From assembly GCA_002633005.1 (NCBI GenBank), contig NMRA01000265.1:441892-505891 (forward strand): a stretch of DNA of 64,000 nucleotides. Direction: 5' to 3'. The translations under genes were made by a program, and so were the position numbers. Below, piece by piece: positions 26,201 to 39,354 of the stretch. The notes beneath the pieces were generated by a model. That model made no database searches. It saw only the letters and a list, made by a program, of their open reading frames with translations, and was not told where the DNA came from. Every line of letters begins with the position of its first letter. Position 1 is the first letter of the stretch. The DNA comes from Phoronis australis (Eukaryota > Animalia > Phoronida).

Positions 26201-29200
26201 CTGCAATGAGCGCAATTTCGTGTTTTAGAGAATACGGAACGCAGATCTGCTCTGTTTTCCTATACTGAGAATATGGAAATATACCATATAGTCGGCATAA
26301 GGGGGGGGGGGGGGGGNCAGACACCACCGAAAATCAAGTATTTGTTCTGCACCGGGAATGTGGTAGTCGAGCGCAACATCTCGTGACAACCTATATTTAC
26401 ACCCGTCCTCTTGCCCTCTTGTCTACTGCGTCATAGCCATCATCAATGACCGGCCTATGGGATAACGTACAGCACGAATCATAATTGTGAACTATACAAA
26501 TACATGCTTTCGAGCCAATCTTAAATGGGTGTAAATTGGCGATAATTTTGTTTTGGGCATAAACGAGTGATATAAAAGGAAAGGAAAGGGCAATTTAAAA
26601 GGAACGGACTTTTATTCAATCGATCTCAATGGCAAAATTGTGTGATACTTTGCCGATAAGGCAGTGAGATAACATGCAATTTGTTAAGTGCAATTTGACT
26701 GACGCAACTTTGCCGCCTAATGTGAAGGTCATGCGTGGTGTGAAATGTAAATGAAAATGGAATTTCCCTGTGAAACTAAGTTATTTTCAGGTTTGATGTA
26801 GCAGGACCCTGTTATGAAAATATTTTACGTCAGTGCAACTTCGAAATCTCTTCTAATGTTCCTATTTGCAACTAGCTCGCTAATCATCAATCTTGCAGAA
26901 GGATTCAAGATTCGCATTGTCTCCTGGATCGCTTAATTTCTGAGCGGAAAGGAGTAAATTTCCGCACGTTTCTTCTAGTTTACACCTCGCGAGGTTTAGG
27001 GGGGGCGGGTCAAATTTCCGCACTCTCGCTCACGCTTATAACAACACCTTGACTATTAAATCTTCAGACGGAACTTCTGACCTTACGACGAAATTAGACA
27101 AATCAACGGTAGGATCTTGAGTTTTCGTGTGCAGCGATTCTCATTTAATGTCATTACTTATCTCATAATTTAATTTTGATATTGTACGCAAAACATGTAA
27201 ATTGAGTTATTTTGGAAAGTACCTTCGGCAAAGTACAGATGCTTATTTTTTAAGGACAGGATTTTTGGCATCGTATGACGAATGCAGTTTCAGATTTAGC
27301 CATCGTATGTAGCTGTACAGTGCTATATTAAGACTCGTCCATTTCAATCATTGTTAGACCTGAGGCGCGAAACAAGTAAGTACTGTCCTTAAATGAAGAC
27401 GTAGAAAAAATTCCATAGATCTAAGGCCTGCAGTACACTGGATGAAACTTGTTCACAATTCAGGGGCCACCAAAAAGGAATTATTGTTGACAAATGGATA
27501 GGATTCATCGCACTTGATCATTGTGTAAAGAAAACATCAAATTACGTAGTTTTCAAAAACGACTGCTGAAGCAACCTGACCTGCTGTGATATCGCACGAT
27601 ATACAGGGTAGAATGGAATTGTTAAGAAATATTACAGAGTTTTGAACATTAATGCAGAAAAGTGTTTTTATAATTTCTCTGTTCTGCTTCGTAGCGATAG
27701 TATGTATCTTGGTTTTATGTTACTTTCGACCTCACGTTTTTTGCTTTAAGAGAGGCCTAACTGCGGAGCAGTTGTGACGCGTATGAGCGGACTTTTTCAG
27801 AGTCGCACGTCTTTAAAACCTATTTTGAATGATAGTGCATGTAAATCAAGCTTTTGAAACCATTTCGTTGACCATGGTGAAATTGCTAAATGTAATGGAC
27901 AGTGAGGTTTATTACTTGACTTTCGCCGATGTCACAACAAGAAGACTCACTTGAAGTCAAACAGCTACGAACAACACAACACCCGTTCACTTTGGTGGAC
28001 TATTCAATATACTCTAGTGATACCAGCGCTAGATGCATACATGCACATCGACTCATGCTGGCACCGGGGTACGTTCAATACTATTGCTATCGTCCGTTGT
28101 TCGTTTGCTGTTTTCTCCCATTGACTCAATTTGGCGCTAAAAGCTTCTTCGACCCAGTGTTTGAATGTTTATGAAAATCGTGCTTTCTATTGTTGCTAAA
28201 ACATCACTAGTACGTCCTGATTAGTCCATGTACAACTAGAACAACAAAAATGGTTACGAGAAAACTTTAAGGGGATCACACCTGGCCTGCACAATAATCG
28301 ATTGCTTGGAGTACCGACTACTCCGAAATTGAGCTGAGTACATGAAAAATGTCATTGCTGCACCCACTTTGAGAGTAGTCCATGTTCACAGGTTATGCAT
28401 AGACTGGCGCTTTCGTAGGAGTGGCGTATAGATAGAGTTCTTTTGCATGGCGTGCTTCAGACGGCACTGTTGCCAAAACTTACGTAGATTTCATCGTAGA
28501 CCTAAATCAGAGGCAAAACGCTGATCTCTGACTAGCAAACACCCATGCGTTTATTAAAAACACAACTGTCATTCTTCCAACTTGATTGTCGCCATTTGTG
28601 GCTTAGCTCCTTCAGCTCCCCCAAAATGCTCCATTTTCCACGAAACTCAGAGCAGACAAGGAATGCAGTTCCACGAACATGAGAGGAACAGCTACTTAAA
28701 ACATTAAAACATTGTGCGGCGATCGTCCAGTTTTCAACATTAGTTGTTTAGCAAAAAAATCAAGTGAAATCGATAATAATTTCCATCGCGTATGACACAC
28801 AGAATCCCACATTCTGTACATTATTCGTTGATTTCCGTTATTGTATATATTCACAGTGCAAGTTTGTGCAACGGATTTCCCGCGCAAACAATACTGTGGA
28901 ATGAACTGAGATGACTACACGATCCCGTGAAACTTTGAAACACCTTGACGTCTTGGCACTCGCCTTAGTTGCCTCTCTCATTACTATAACGTCATAAATC
29001 TTCGACTTTATACTTCAAAATAATCCACAAATTTCTTGTCCACTCTCATCGGTTGATAATTCGGTGTTGTAGTTGAACTATATTTACACTTAATCTCAAA
29101 ATCACGTATGCGTCACCTTGTAACCTTAGGACCAGTCGGGTATTTTTTATGGTCAAGTATCACAAGAAACTTGGTCCAATGCACCCTGATGTTCACCATT

Positions 29201-31305
29201 GGATTTGTATGAGAGCCTCTATACAGACCGGTGCTAGTTGAGAGTTTTGGTTCCAGCAGCCATACTAAATTTATAGATAACATTTCTGAATTTAAACGAA
29301 ATTATCAACCATAAAATCATCGTCATTTCCATTATCGTCGTCGTCATCGTCGTCGTCGTTGTTGTTGTTGTTACTCTGTCTTTGCTATTGTAACCCATGC
29401 ATCATTGAAGCTTTAGGCGTAAATTTCGTAGTAATAAGATGACATTATTTATGATGTTATAGGAATGCATTACATTTAAAGACGGAAACGGGGCTTATCT
29501 TAAAGATATAGTAAATATGAGTAGCATTAAAATTATATTTTAAGAAGGTTCGGGACCACGTACAGGGTATTTGTGTAATTGCTCTCGACCAAATTTTATC
29601 AGTTATATAGATGAGGAACATGTCTAGATTGTCTACATCGAAGCTCACTGTCAAAAGCTTAAATTTTGCAGATCCAAGTCAAGTACTGAGACTTTGCAGT
29701 CAAAAACAATAAACTGACTAATATCGAAGTATATTTGACTCCCATTGAAAGAGCCAGCCTTGTATTTTCGTAAGAAACTTTCTAAGTCGGCGTAAGTCTA
29801 ACGTATGTTTCTCAAACTGAAATAATCAATGTGAAATTACCGGCAACAAAGGTAGTGTGAGATAAGAGCCAACCCGAAACCTGAAACACACTCCGCCGTA
29901 GGCAATCCAACACTTGCTGGGGTAGCTAAACCCTACTATCAATTTAATCTGAAAAACCGGCCGCTAATGACTATTAAACGTTTACCTTTAAGTTTGTCAC
30001 CGATAGGATGCGCTCCATTACACGTTACCAGCGGTAGGTTCTGTTGCTTTGCCGGGGGTACCAACGAGTGTGACGTTTTCACAAAACTGTAGGGCAGGAT
30101 CTTTGTTTGGATGATGGACCCGGGGCATTTTAATATTACGAGGCTCGCTTAGTTAACAAAATCGTGAGTATGTAACATATCCATTCACTTGAAAATGATT
30201 ACCCGGTGATACAGTACTTCCACCAGGATATCCAAGAAATTAGTCATCCAAAGGGTTTGTAATATAGAAGAAAAAACATGATAATTAATTAAAAAAGCCA
30301 ACTTTTAGGAAATGCTTTTCCAAGTGCAGGGTACATTCTTAAAGCTTCCAGTAGATGTATAACAGCGGTGAAGTATGTCCAGTAGTAACAGTTTCAGTCA
30401 GCGGAGTAAGCACACGTGAGCTAATCCCAGTAGAGCTGTACTGAGCTGTCTGCCTCATTACTTGGCGAAAACTTTTCGCCCAGCATATTGCTCTGACACT
30501 AAGTTTTTTTCGCACTCTACAGGTCGCATTTTTCTTCCAAATTGGACGAAGTTCAAACACAACGTCTAGCTTCAAAATATCCGATGTCTATTGTTTTTCT
30601 TCATAATCAGATCAGTTCAAGATGCCGGACGTGGCGGCCATTTCGTTTTCGAGTCAAGATTCGAATGCTCAAAGAGACCGCAACTTTTGATGCACATAAC
30701 TGAAAGTCTGTACCAATATCATTGTAGTAGACGTTCACTACAGGTGTACCGGAAATCCTTAACTTCTGGTTAAAAATGGAGAAAATATCGGCTATTGCGT
30801 ATGGGCACAGCACCTCGATTTCCTGTAGAGGGCTCATTGTAGGATCACTTCGAAATTTTCATGTATTAGTTCTATATAGCTAGCTATGATTGAGCGCTGC
30901 TCAACCGGAAGTAGTTTTCGAAATGGTGGATCTGACGCATTTTCATCAATTTTTCAATCGTGCTGGGGGGCCATTTTGAAGGATTAGAGGAAATGAAGTG
31001 AATTTTTGCACGTGAATTTTTTAAGGTAAACTACTTCAAATGAAGTACACCATTTTTCTCAAAATTACAGTTTTTAAGTTGTTTGGCTTTCACTAACGAA
31101 AAAATGCATTATTTGAAATTTTTAAAAGAAGTGAAATTTTGTGAGTTTCGAACTAGCTTTCAAAAGATGTTTTCCACTTTTCGCTACAACGTCTCGTTTT
31201 TAAATTATCTGGGATTTTCTGATGACGCCGTTCCTTTGTTGAAGGAATTTTGCTGCACTTTTGTTTGTTTATCTTCCATTGAACAAAACTATAGTATTTT
31301 TTACT

Positions 31306-31372
31306 ACCATCATCATCATCGTCGTCATCATCATCATCATCATCGTCATCATTATCGTTGTCATGGTCATCT
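31306..31372. repeat. (CAT)n/(CGT)n microsatellite
   Basis: Directly visible; source of the poly-His and poly-Ile ORFs. Confidence 0.95.
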
Positions 31373-33441
31373 CCATTGTCGTGTCGCTTCTCCGAGCGCT
31401 TTCATTATTAAAATTTACAAATTACACCTCCTCAAACGGTTTCAACAAGAGGTTAAGACGGTCAAGGATGTATTGGGGACTAACTTGTTGTGATCGGTTT
31501 CTAAAGGCCGACATGCCTCGAATTCGACACTGCCGCAGGTTCTTAAAGACTATAACAGCATCTTCTACGTTTACTCTATGCCTGCTCAATTCCACCCCGT
31601 TGTGTCAAAACTCTTGTAAACGTGCTGCCACCTATCTCAGTGTGACAACATTCAGTCTACCAAAGACGTCCTAGCCGCCTTGCGCTGTCGAGTAAAACGC
31701 ATTAAATTGAATGAGTTAAGTTACGAATAGGTAGATTTATCTAGAACGGATACAAGGTTATAATTCGGTTTACAAAATCTCAAAAAATAACTGCTGGACA
31801 AGCTTAACATCAAAAACATTTCTGAACAAACGTGGCGCGGCACATAATTATAATTAAACCATTATTGCTAATTTACGAATTCCCCAAGAATTCATTATTC
31901 TTGAATGAAAAGAAATTCTTCTTTATTTAATTGTTTAAGACCATTGATGTCATTTTGATCATTAAGAACCCATTACCAATTGTAACGACCGACTTCACAC
32001 GTTTAGAAAAACTACCCTAGCTGTCTCATACTTAACAATTATGGCTATGCCAAATTTGATTAAGTGCTACTAAAATAGACACTAAAGTGCATCTTGCCAA
32101 TTTGAATGGTTAATAAGTAATCATGACCAGAAATTTATTTGCTTGCGTCCAAGGAATGTTAAATCGCAATCTTGTCATTTCGCAAAATGTCTTGAAATAA
32201 AAATGCCTTTCTGCTGGGATTTTCTGATGAAATTACGATTCTATCACCGTAAGTGTCCTAAATCAAAAGCCGCGGTATATTGCACCTTTAAGTCACATTA
32301 ATTTCAAAACATTATTTTGGTTCTATGTTTGTGATTCTTTTGAATAAATCACAAAAATATTCTCATAAATAGAAAAATTCAATGCGCTCGGGCTACAGTG
32401 TGCATTGTCCTTTTAAAAATTATTTCTTACATACGATTTACCGCCTGGTGTCTCTCATGCTCAAGTTTACCATTGTCATCGTATGTGCAATGTATTGCGG
32501 GAAATCTAGCTTTTGGGTGAAGCTACAGTTTTAGCGGAAAGGCAATCGTTTTTAGTGACATTTTCGGTTAAAACTATTTTCTGGTTATCGCACATATAGT
32601 TTAAAAGTAATAATAAAATTCCCCGTGCTCTAAGGGGAAATGACGTACGCGGCCCGAATCCGTTCCTATCCAGCTTAGTTTGTGCTACAACTCATTGTGG
32701 ACGTCTGTTGACTGTTTTCCAGGAACTGGTGAAATTTATAGCCTACAACGAGACTAAATTAGATTTCAGGTGACTGGGACTTAACACTTCGGTGACTGCT
32801 CACATGCTCGGTTGATAGCAACTTCTTGGTCTTGAGTCACGACAATGATTTCAGCTCCCAACCCTTCGTGATTCAACAAAGCACCCGGCAGAGTAGTTAG
32901 GGGTACGGCATACTGTTCCAGAACATATTGAACACGTGCTTTCATCATTACTACCTACATGTCCCTTTCTAATCCGACGATAAGAAATATTTTCCGCACA
33001 AGCGATAAGTTTGCACCACTTTATCCATGGTGTGAACGGGCATCGATGCATTTTTGAGACGAACGAGTAAATTCCGACGACGGGTTTTGTCGTCCACTAG
33101 AAATAGATGTGGCTCATGACACATGCACACCGATACGCAATGACTTACACACTCAGAGAAATGCAAAAATGGCCTAACTTAAATTAAGATGACGACATAT
33201 GTTAAGAGCAGTCTGAAGTACATGTAAAAAAAGCTGGCGGGGAATGAGTCGGGCCGAGAACGTCATTTCCAGTGTGACACATGGGTAATCAATTAGAGTC
33301 CAGGGATTATAGCTTATCTATGACAACCAAGCAATCGTGATTCAACCAAAAATATATTAGTAACGATTGCTGTCCCTTTGGACCCCCGAAAGTGCGTTCA
33401 ATGTTACTCTTTAACAGTATCCACCAGGTTCATACAACAAA

Positions 33442-34279
33442 CAGGTTGTTCCATCAAAACAGGAACCCTGGTGTAAAACGGATATACTGGAGTCGAAAAC
33501 AGACTCCAGCACCTTCAAAACAGCTAACCAGCGCGTAAAACACGAATCCTGACCTTTTAAACTGGAATTTCCTGAGACCGTTGTCAATAGAGCTGGGGCA
33601 TCTTCAAGTACTTTGCAGTTGTTTTCTGCATTTGTTTGCTAAAAATGTCAATAATAAAACGTAACTTATATTATATTGATTTTGTTATTCGATTTTAATC
33701 GGTGAAACTCGTGCAACTTGCCTGTGCGCAAATTTCAACATAATCTACATGTATACTCTCAACACGTTGTTATCTCGGTGAATATTTAGTTAACTTCAGA
33801 TTATTAAATAGTTTCACCAAAATATTTTTAAAAATCAAAAAAACCAACTTTAGATTCCCATTGTTGATTAATTTGTCGTGACATATACGCAGCCTTGTTG
33901 AAGAAGAGCAGATGCTTGAAGAACTGGGGATAAGAGAAACTGACCAATAGGTGACGCCATATTTCATGGCGCTGAAAGCCGACGCAAAAGATCGCACCAC
34001 AACTTTAGCAGCAGAATAACGTAAAGTGTCAATTTTGTCTAAAATTCTCATATAGTAAAACGAAATATCACAACAACTATTTAAAGTAAGAAAATTTATT
34101 TTTCATCAAACAATGTCTGACAGAAAGTGCGGGAATGGTGTTTCGGACCGGGATTACTGTTTTAAAGGCCAGGGTTCATGGTTTCCGGTATGGTTAGCTG
34201 TTTTGAAAGTGCAGGAGACTGTTTTCGACTCAGGGATATCTGTTTCACACCGGGGTTCCTCTTTCGACAAAACACCCTG
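33442..34279. mobile_element. ~840-bp non-autonomous DNA transposon with ~140-bp diverged TIRs (CAGG...CCTG)
   Basis: 33442-33580 matches the reverse complement of 34143-34279. Internal 33945-34040 recurs at 43362-43455. No TSD seen. Confidence 0.75.
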
Positions 34280-37200
34280 ATAAATACAAGACATGATTGA
34301 TATGAATTCTACATATTTGTTTATCATTTAAATGAGTATAAATCATAGGCACACTTATAGTTCAGCTTCAACCGCACACGCAAGTCTGTTTCACTACACG
34401 TGAACAAGTGACACAATTAATAAAAAATACGCCAAAGCAACATATGAAATATGCATTTAACCCCCTTTCATTTACAATCGATTGCAAGAAAACTCACTCG
34501 TTTAAGTCAAAGCTCATGTTAAATTTAAAAGAAAGACATTATCGGCGATGATGAAGCATGAATAAAATAAGCAAAGTTGAGAAGAATTACGAAAATGTTA
34601 TCTCAAATAGAAACTCAGCAGTTGTTCGGACCTTAATCATAAGAATATTCGATTTATGTGAGTGAATGTGTTTCTCTTTCGCTTTTGTTTCAGCAAAAAA
34701 TCCCCCTGTTGATTCTGGTGATCTAAGGGAACCGCCTCATTCACGAAAGTTCAGGCAGGATTTTAAAAAGCACAGTATTCTGGTAATAAACTACTAAAAT
34801 TTGGTGTACCATTTTTTCTGCACCTAATTTTCTAAAGAGAATAGACATATTTTATTCATGTATGAATTCAACAGGGAATTCCTGACATGTTAATATGTAT
34901 CGTGATATTATTTCTTAATGTAAGACTTCATGGTTTAAGAAATAAAAAACACAAATAAGAAAACCAAAGTCACAAAATGAGTGACTTTAGTTTTGAATGT
35001 TAAAATTGCATTTCATTCTCAATTACGATCTCAAATGAACGTAACGAAATTAGCTCTCATAAACTTGTCTTCACATTTGCCTTGTCATAACAGAAATTTA
35101 TTTCTACTATTATCAAGAACTGAAAAGTCATTTGATATTGGCGACTGCCGATTTTTGTCGTAATGGTACACAACGTAATATCAAAGGTTTTATTTAAATC
35201 TCATTGGACTTGTCGACACCCTGGATGACATGCTTTTGAGGAAACCGTTTTGTAATGGATGAATAGGTTTGGAACATCATCTGTGTGTTTGTGAGCTGAA
35301 TGTGTGGAACGGGAAACTATTCATTAACAATTAAACTATAGCATTTGTCCATATTATCAAATATTCTCTCTGAAGCTATTTGGCAAGAGTTGTATTCTAA
35401 GCTAATAGGCTGTCGGTCAGACCACTGATCATGCGAGATCGGCTAAGTTTGCTAGAGACTCCGGTGGAAAGTACTATTTACTAAATTCCAGTTGTGTTCA
35501 AATTTCTGGATTCTTTGTCTCCACATGTCACTATCACCTACAGTAATGAATGATTTTTATCCATCTAAAATATCCGACGGTATTTGCCCGGAGTCTTTGC
35601 CTTCGCCGCCGACCGCGGCGTCTTAAGAATTTCCCAGTGGAGATTTCATTTTCAATATTTTCACCATTTTTAGAATATCCCTAATGTATTGCAATTTGAA
35701 TTAATTATTCTGATATTCCTTGTTCGTTGTTAGGTAAATGTTTACTCAGAGTCAATTGGACGGCCTTGTCTATGCAGTTGTCCCTAAATGAATCTCTCTT
35801 GGCTGACAAGTGCGGATTTTTATGGATTTTTCGGCTACGGATTTCGCCAGGATGACCCACATAGGTACTGGTAGACTCGTTATGATATGCTTTAACACAC
35901 CTACAGTAATACTCTTGAAACCACGTGCAAGTTTGAGTCATATTTCTGAAACTGTGCAATCTACACTGCTTGGATCAGTTTTTTGACAGATTTTTGTTTC
36001 TTGTCTTACGAATTGAATTTTCATAAAACAATGTTCTCTCACCTCGAGTACTGTCTTAATTATGAGTTGCAATTAGCAGGAATCTGGTTTCATAACAGAT
36101 TTGTCTGTTTTTAAGGTGCGGTTTGAATTTGTCTTTGTCAGGGCTTTTTGACCGAGCACAAGGAATAAGGTACGAAAAAAATACTTTAAGTCCAGCGTTA
36201 GATTCCGTAACCAAATGTTTATTCTAGAGAAGTTTCTTCCCTACCTCGATTCTTGACTTGGCTCTTTTGCTCCGGCTTGGAGAAGAATCTTCACACAAGT
36301 CGTCGGCCATTTCCTACAATTCAAGAAACAGCTAACAGGGTCATCGCCTCGATTTCAATTAATTTTACAGCGAATTGACAACAAGCCAATGTCGAGAATC
36401 GGTGACTTTTAACGAAATCATAAAAACACAACTGATATTGTTACTTTACAGAACTGATCAATGCGCAGTTTCAAGGAGTGTATCGTGCGCAGCAATAACG
36501 CCCAAAATGCGTTACCTGTAAAACCGACTGCCTCCCTTTAAGTTACATGTATAAGCATTGCGTATATGGTTGGACGCCTTTAGTAACTATTTTAAAAACA
36601 TCTTTCAACGTCGTCACAAATTGACATCATAAAACGTCTTGCAAAAAATTAATAGTTTCTATGCAAATTTGCATGTATAAACCATGAGCCCTGGCTTGTG
36701 AAATACCATCAGCTCACAAGTTAACCTTTAATTCATTGTTTCAGTTTTCTCCGGCTGTTTTGTACAAATGGAACAATGCTTCTCACAACCTTTTAAATAT
36801 TTAGCGGTTGCATATCTAATATAGAAATAAACTTTGTCCTCGATTCATCTTAATGGCATTGCCAGTAGCTAAACTCTTGGGTGCTCTATGTCTAGCGTGT
36901 AAATTTTTAATTTTGCAACAATTTAGAAAACGCCAAGGAGTAATTCTGCGTTAAAAATTTCATGTTGGCATTTCACGATTGTTTGCAACGCTCATAGACA
37001 ATTCGCCACTAATTGGTCAAATACTAACGTAGTTTCTGAATGAAATTGATCAGTGCAGGAACTATAATCCAAAAGCGTCTGAAGCAGCAGGAGGTAATGT
37101 GTGCTACATTCTAATCATTTCAATATCTTTTGTTGGTTTAACTGAGACGGTATTTTACCGATCGTTTTAACAACCCGTTTTTCATGTCTTTATTACCACT

Positions 37201-37957
37201 ACACCTAAGTGCGTGAAAATTTTCATTAAATTTTGACGTTCTGCTTGGTGATCGGAGGATGATGAGCGACAATTTTTTGCAGGTGCATAACTCAAGCACG
37301 GGGCAGTAGAAAATATAAGTGGACTTAAAATTGTGCCAAGTGTCTTAACTCCTGACTCGAACACGAACTAAAAATTATTTTTGAAAATTTCTGTAAGTTC
37401 AACTTCAAGAGACAGAAATCCTCGTGGGTGCTATTTCGTCCCTCTTTTGCGATGATGGGCTTTTCATTAGAAATCCCCGGTATCAGCGTGTCACGAGCGT
37501 TTCGTTCTTAAGATGATGAGTGGCGTTTGTTTGTTGATAAATTTAGAGTAGTGCAAGTTAATGCCGATAGTTTCATTATGTTTCTTTTAATGTTAACTGT
37601 CAGTCAAGTGCAAGTGTAACGTTAACTTTGGGACCTGGAGTTCCGTGGTGGCATAAATTTCATGTTGAGTTGTTCCGCAAATAGTAGATTGGTGGATCAG
37701 ACTGACCGAGCATCGCTTTCCATAACATTGCCTTGGTTCTTTGACCGGCCAGTCTGATCCGTGAACTTCATTTTCTGCTGGCAATTGGAATCGAAACAAT
37801 CGTTCATGCTGTTCAAGCTCTAATATCCATGAGCTCTATGGCCTATGAAACCAACCAATGGGAGCAAAGAACGAGAATATAAACTACATTTGCAGCCAAT
37901 GGGTGGCGAGGAACACGTGTATCCCACAATTCTTTAACGGCCAAAAGTTGAGATTCA

Positions 37958-38108
37958 ATGGGAATTGAGCATAGTTGCTTTCCGCGTTGCTCGAATGGCG
38001 ATAGATAAAAAAAGACGTTCATATGTCTTTTTACAATCTCTAAAGACGTTGAGATTCGGAGGCGTTGGGTTGTTGCCATACGCCGCGACGAAGAGAAAAC
38101 ATTTCCGG
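37958..38108 (+). pseudogene. Degenerate THAP N-terminal exon (transposon-derived)
   Basis: Frame from ATG 37958: MGIEHSCFPRCSNGDR*...SKDVEIRRRWVVAIRRDEEKTF, followed by a GT; the W...IRRD motif is typical of THAP. Confidence 0.55.
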
Positions 38109-38747
38109 GTAAAATTGATAAGTGTTTTCGAAAGTTTGATCACATTTTGCCGCATCTCGTTTGCCGAGCATCATAGCACCGACCGGTGAATCTTCGGCCA
38201 GCCAGGCTGTGTTTTCATGACTACGGGTTGAAACATGATGCATTTCTTTCCAAAACAGGACAGGGCCCTCAATCCCTCGATTTTGGAATCGAATATTTTC
38301 CTCTCAAAAATATTGAAAAATCACACGAAACTGACCTCACGAGGGCTAAACATTCCCCTCAAGTGATAGAAAATTTCCTCTCGAAGTTCAAATCAGTTGT
38401 AACCACACGGGTGATAATTTGAAAGAGCACAAAATGCAAGTTGAGACAGAGCCTGTGCGAGGTTGCAACAGGGCGGGGATGCTATTGATGGTGATCGGCA
38501 GGTAGAATTTTCCCCTCACTCGACGAAAAGAATTCCCTCTCAGAAGGCACAAGCACCTTTCCCCTCGGGTGAACGAGGTCCCTGAAAGAACATGATAAGT
38601 ATGTTTGCTATGACCAGTTAATTGAATTAAGCTCTAAAACGAGATGGGTTATTTTTCAGGTAATGCTTTGGACGAACGAACTAGATATTTCAATTTTAAA
38701 ATCCAACTTGGTTTAGATTGATATTTGAAACCTAACACATGAAATAC

Positions 38748-38828
38748 ATGTACGAATTATTAAAACCAAGAAAGCAGAAGTGATGGTCAAATGAGTTTTA
38801 GCTTCAATTCCCAGCCTGGTTTTTATTT
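38748..38828. repeat. Dispersed repeat fragment, inverted match to 1-77
   Basis: GAATTATT..AACCAAGAAAGCA...GATGGTCAAAT...TTCAATT...AGCCTGGTTTTTATT is shared. Confidence 0.7.
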
Positions 38829-39354
38829 CAAGAAAATATAATTTTAATAACATCAAACATTCTTGCAGATTGATGACAATTCAACTGTAGTCTCCTGCCT
38901 CACTACAAGGACTTAGGCTATATGATTGACGCTAATATTCTGGATGAGCAAATTAAACCAGGTGTGACTTGCACATGACAGCAAAATGCGATGAGCCACC
39001 ACTGTCAAATATATCTTCAGCTCGTCAAAAATACGAGCAGATGATCTGGATCGTGTAGAAAACATTTTTATCAACAATTTACAAGAAGAAATGCAACCCG
39101 GCATTCAGCATATGCCCAATCCGTTACACGATCGCCGCAATTTGGTCATATTAACTTTTCATGTTTCGAACCTAGTTTTCCAAAAAACACTTATCCGTCA
39201 GGCAACTCTTTGGTGCATTGACGTGATCTCTAATGTACTTGTCTGCCTCTCTGTGGTTAATTATTGACACATTTTTAAGATTAGCATGCATATCGAGGTT
39301 GGACTCGAAAGACCAGCCATTTAAATCACCCAATGTCAACTTCCGCTTTGTTCA

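Noticed and set aside
31083-31674. His-rich and Ile-rich 136-137 aa ORFs
   Set aside because: Driven by a (CAT)n microsatellite; no recognisable domain.
35705-36312. Possible decayed TE protein on - strand (MADDLCEDSSPSRSKRAK...YYCRCVKAY)
   Set aside because: Multiple stops and no motif strong enough to name a family.
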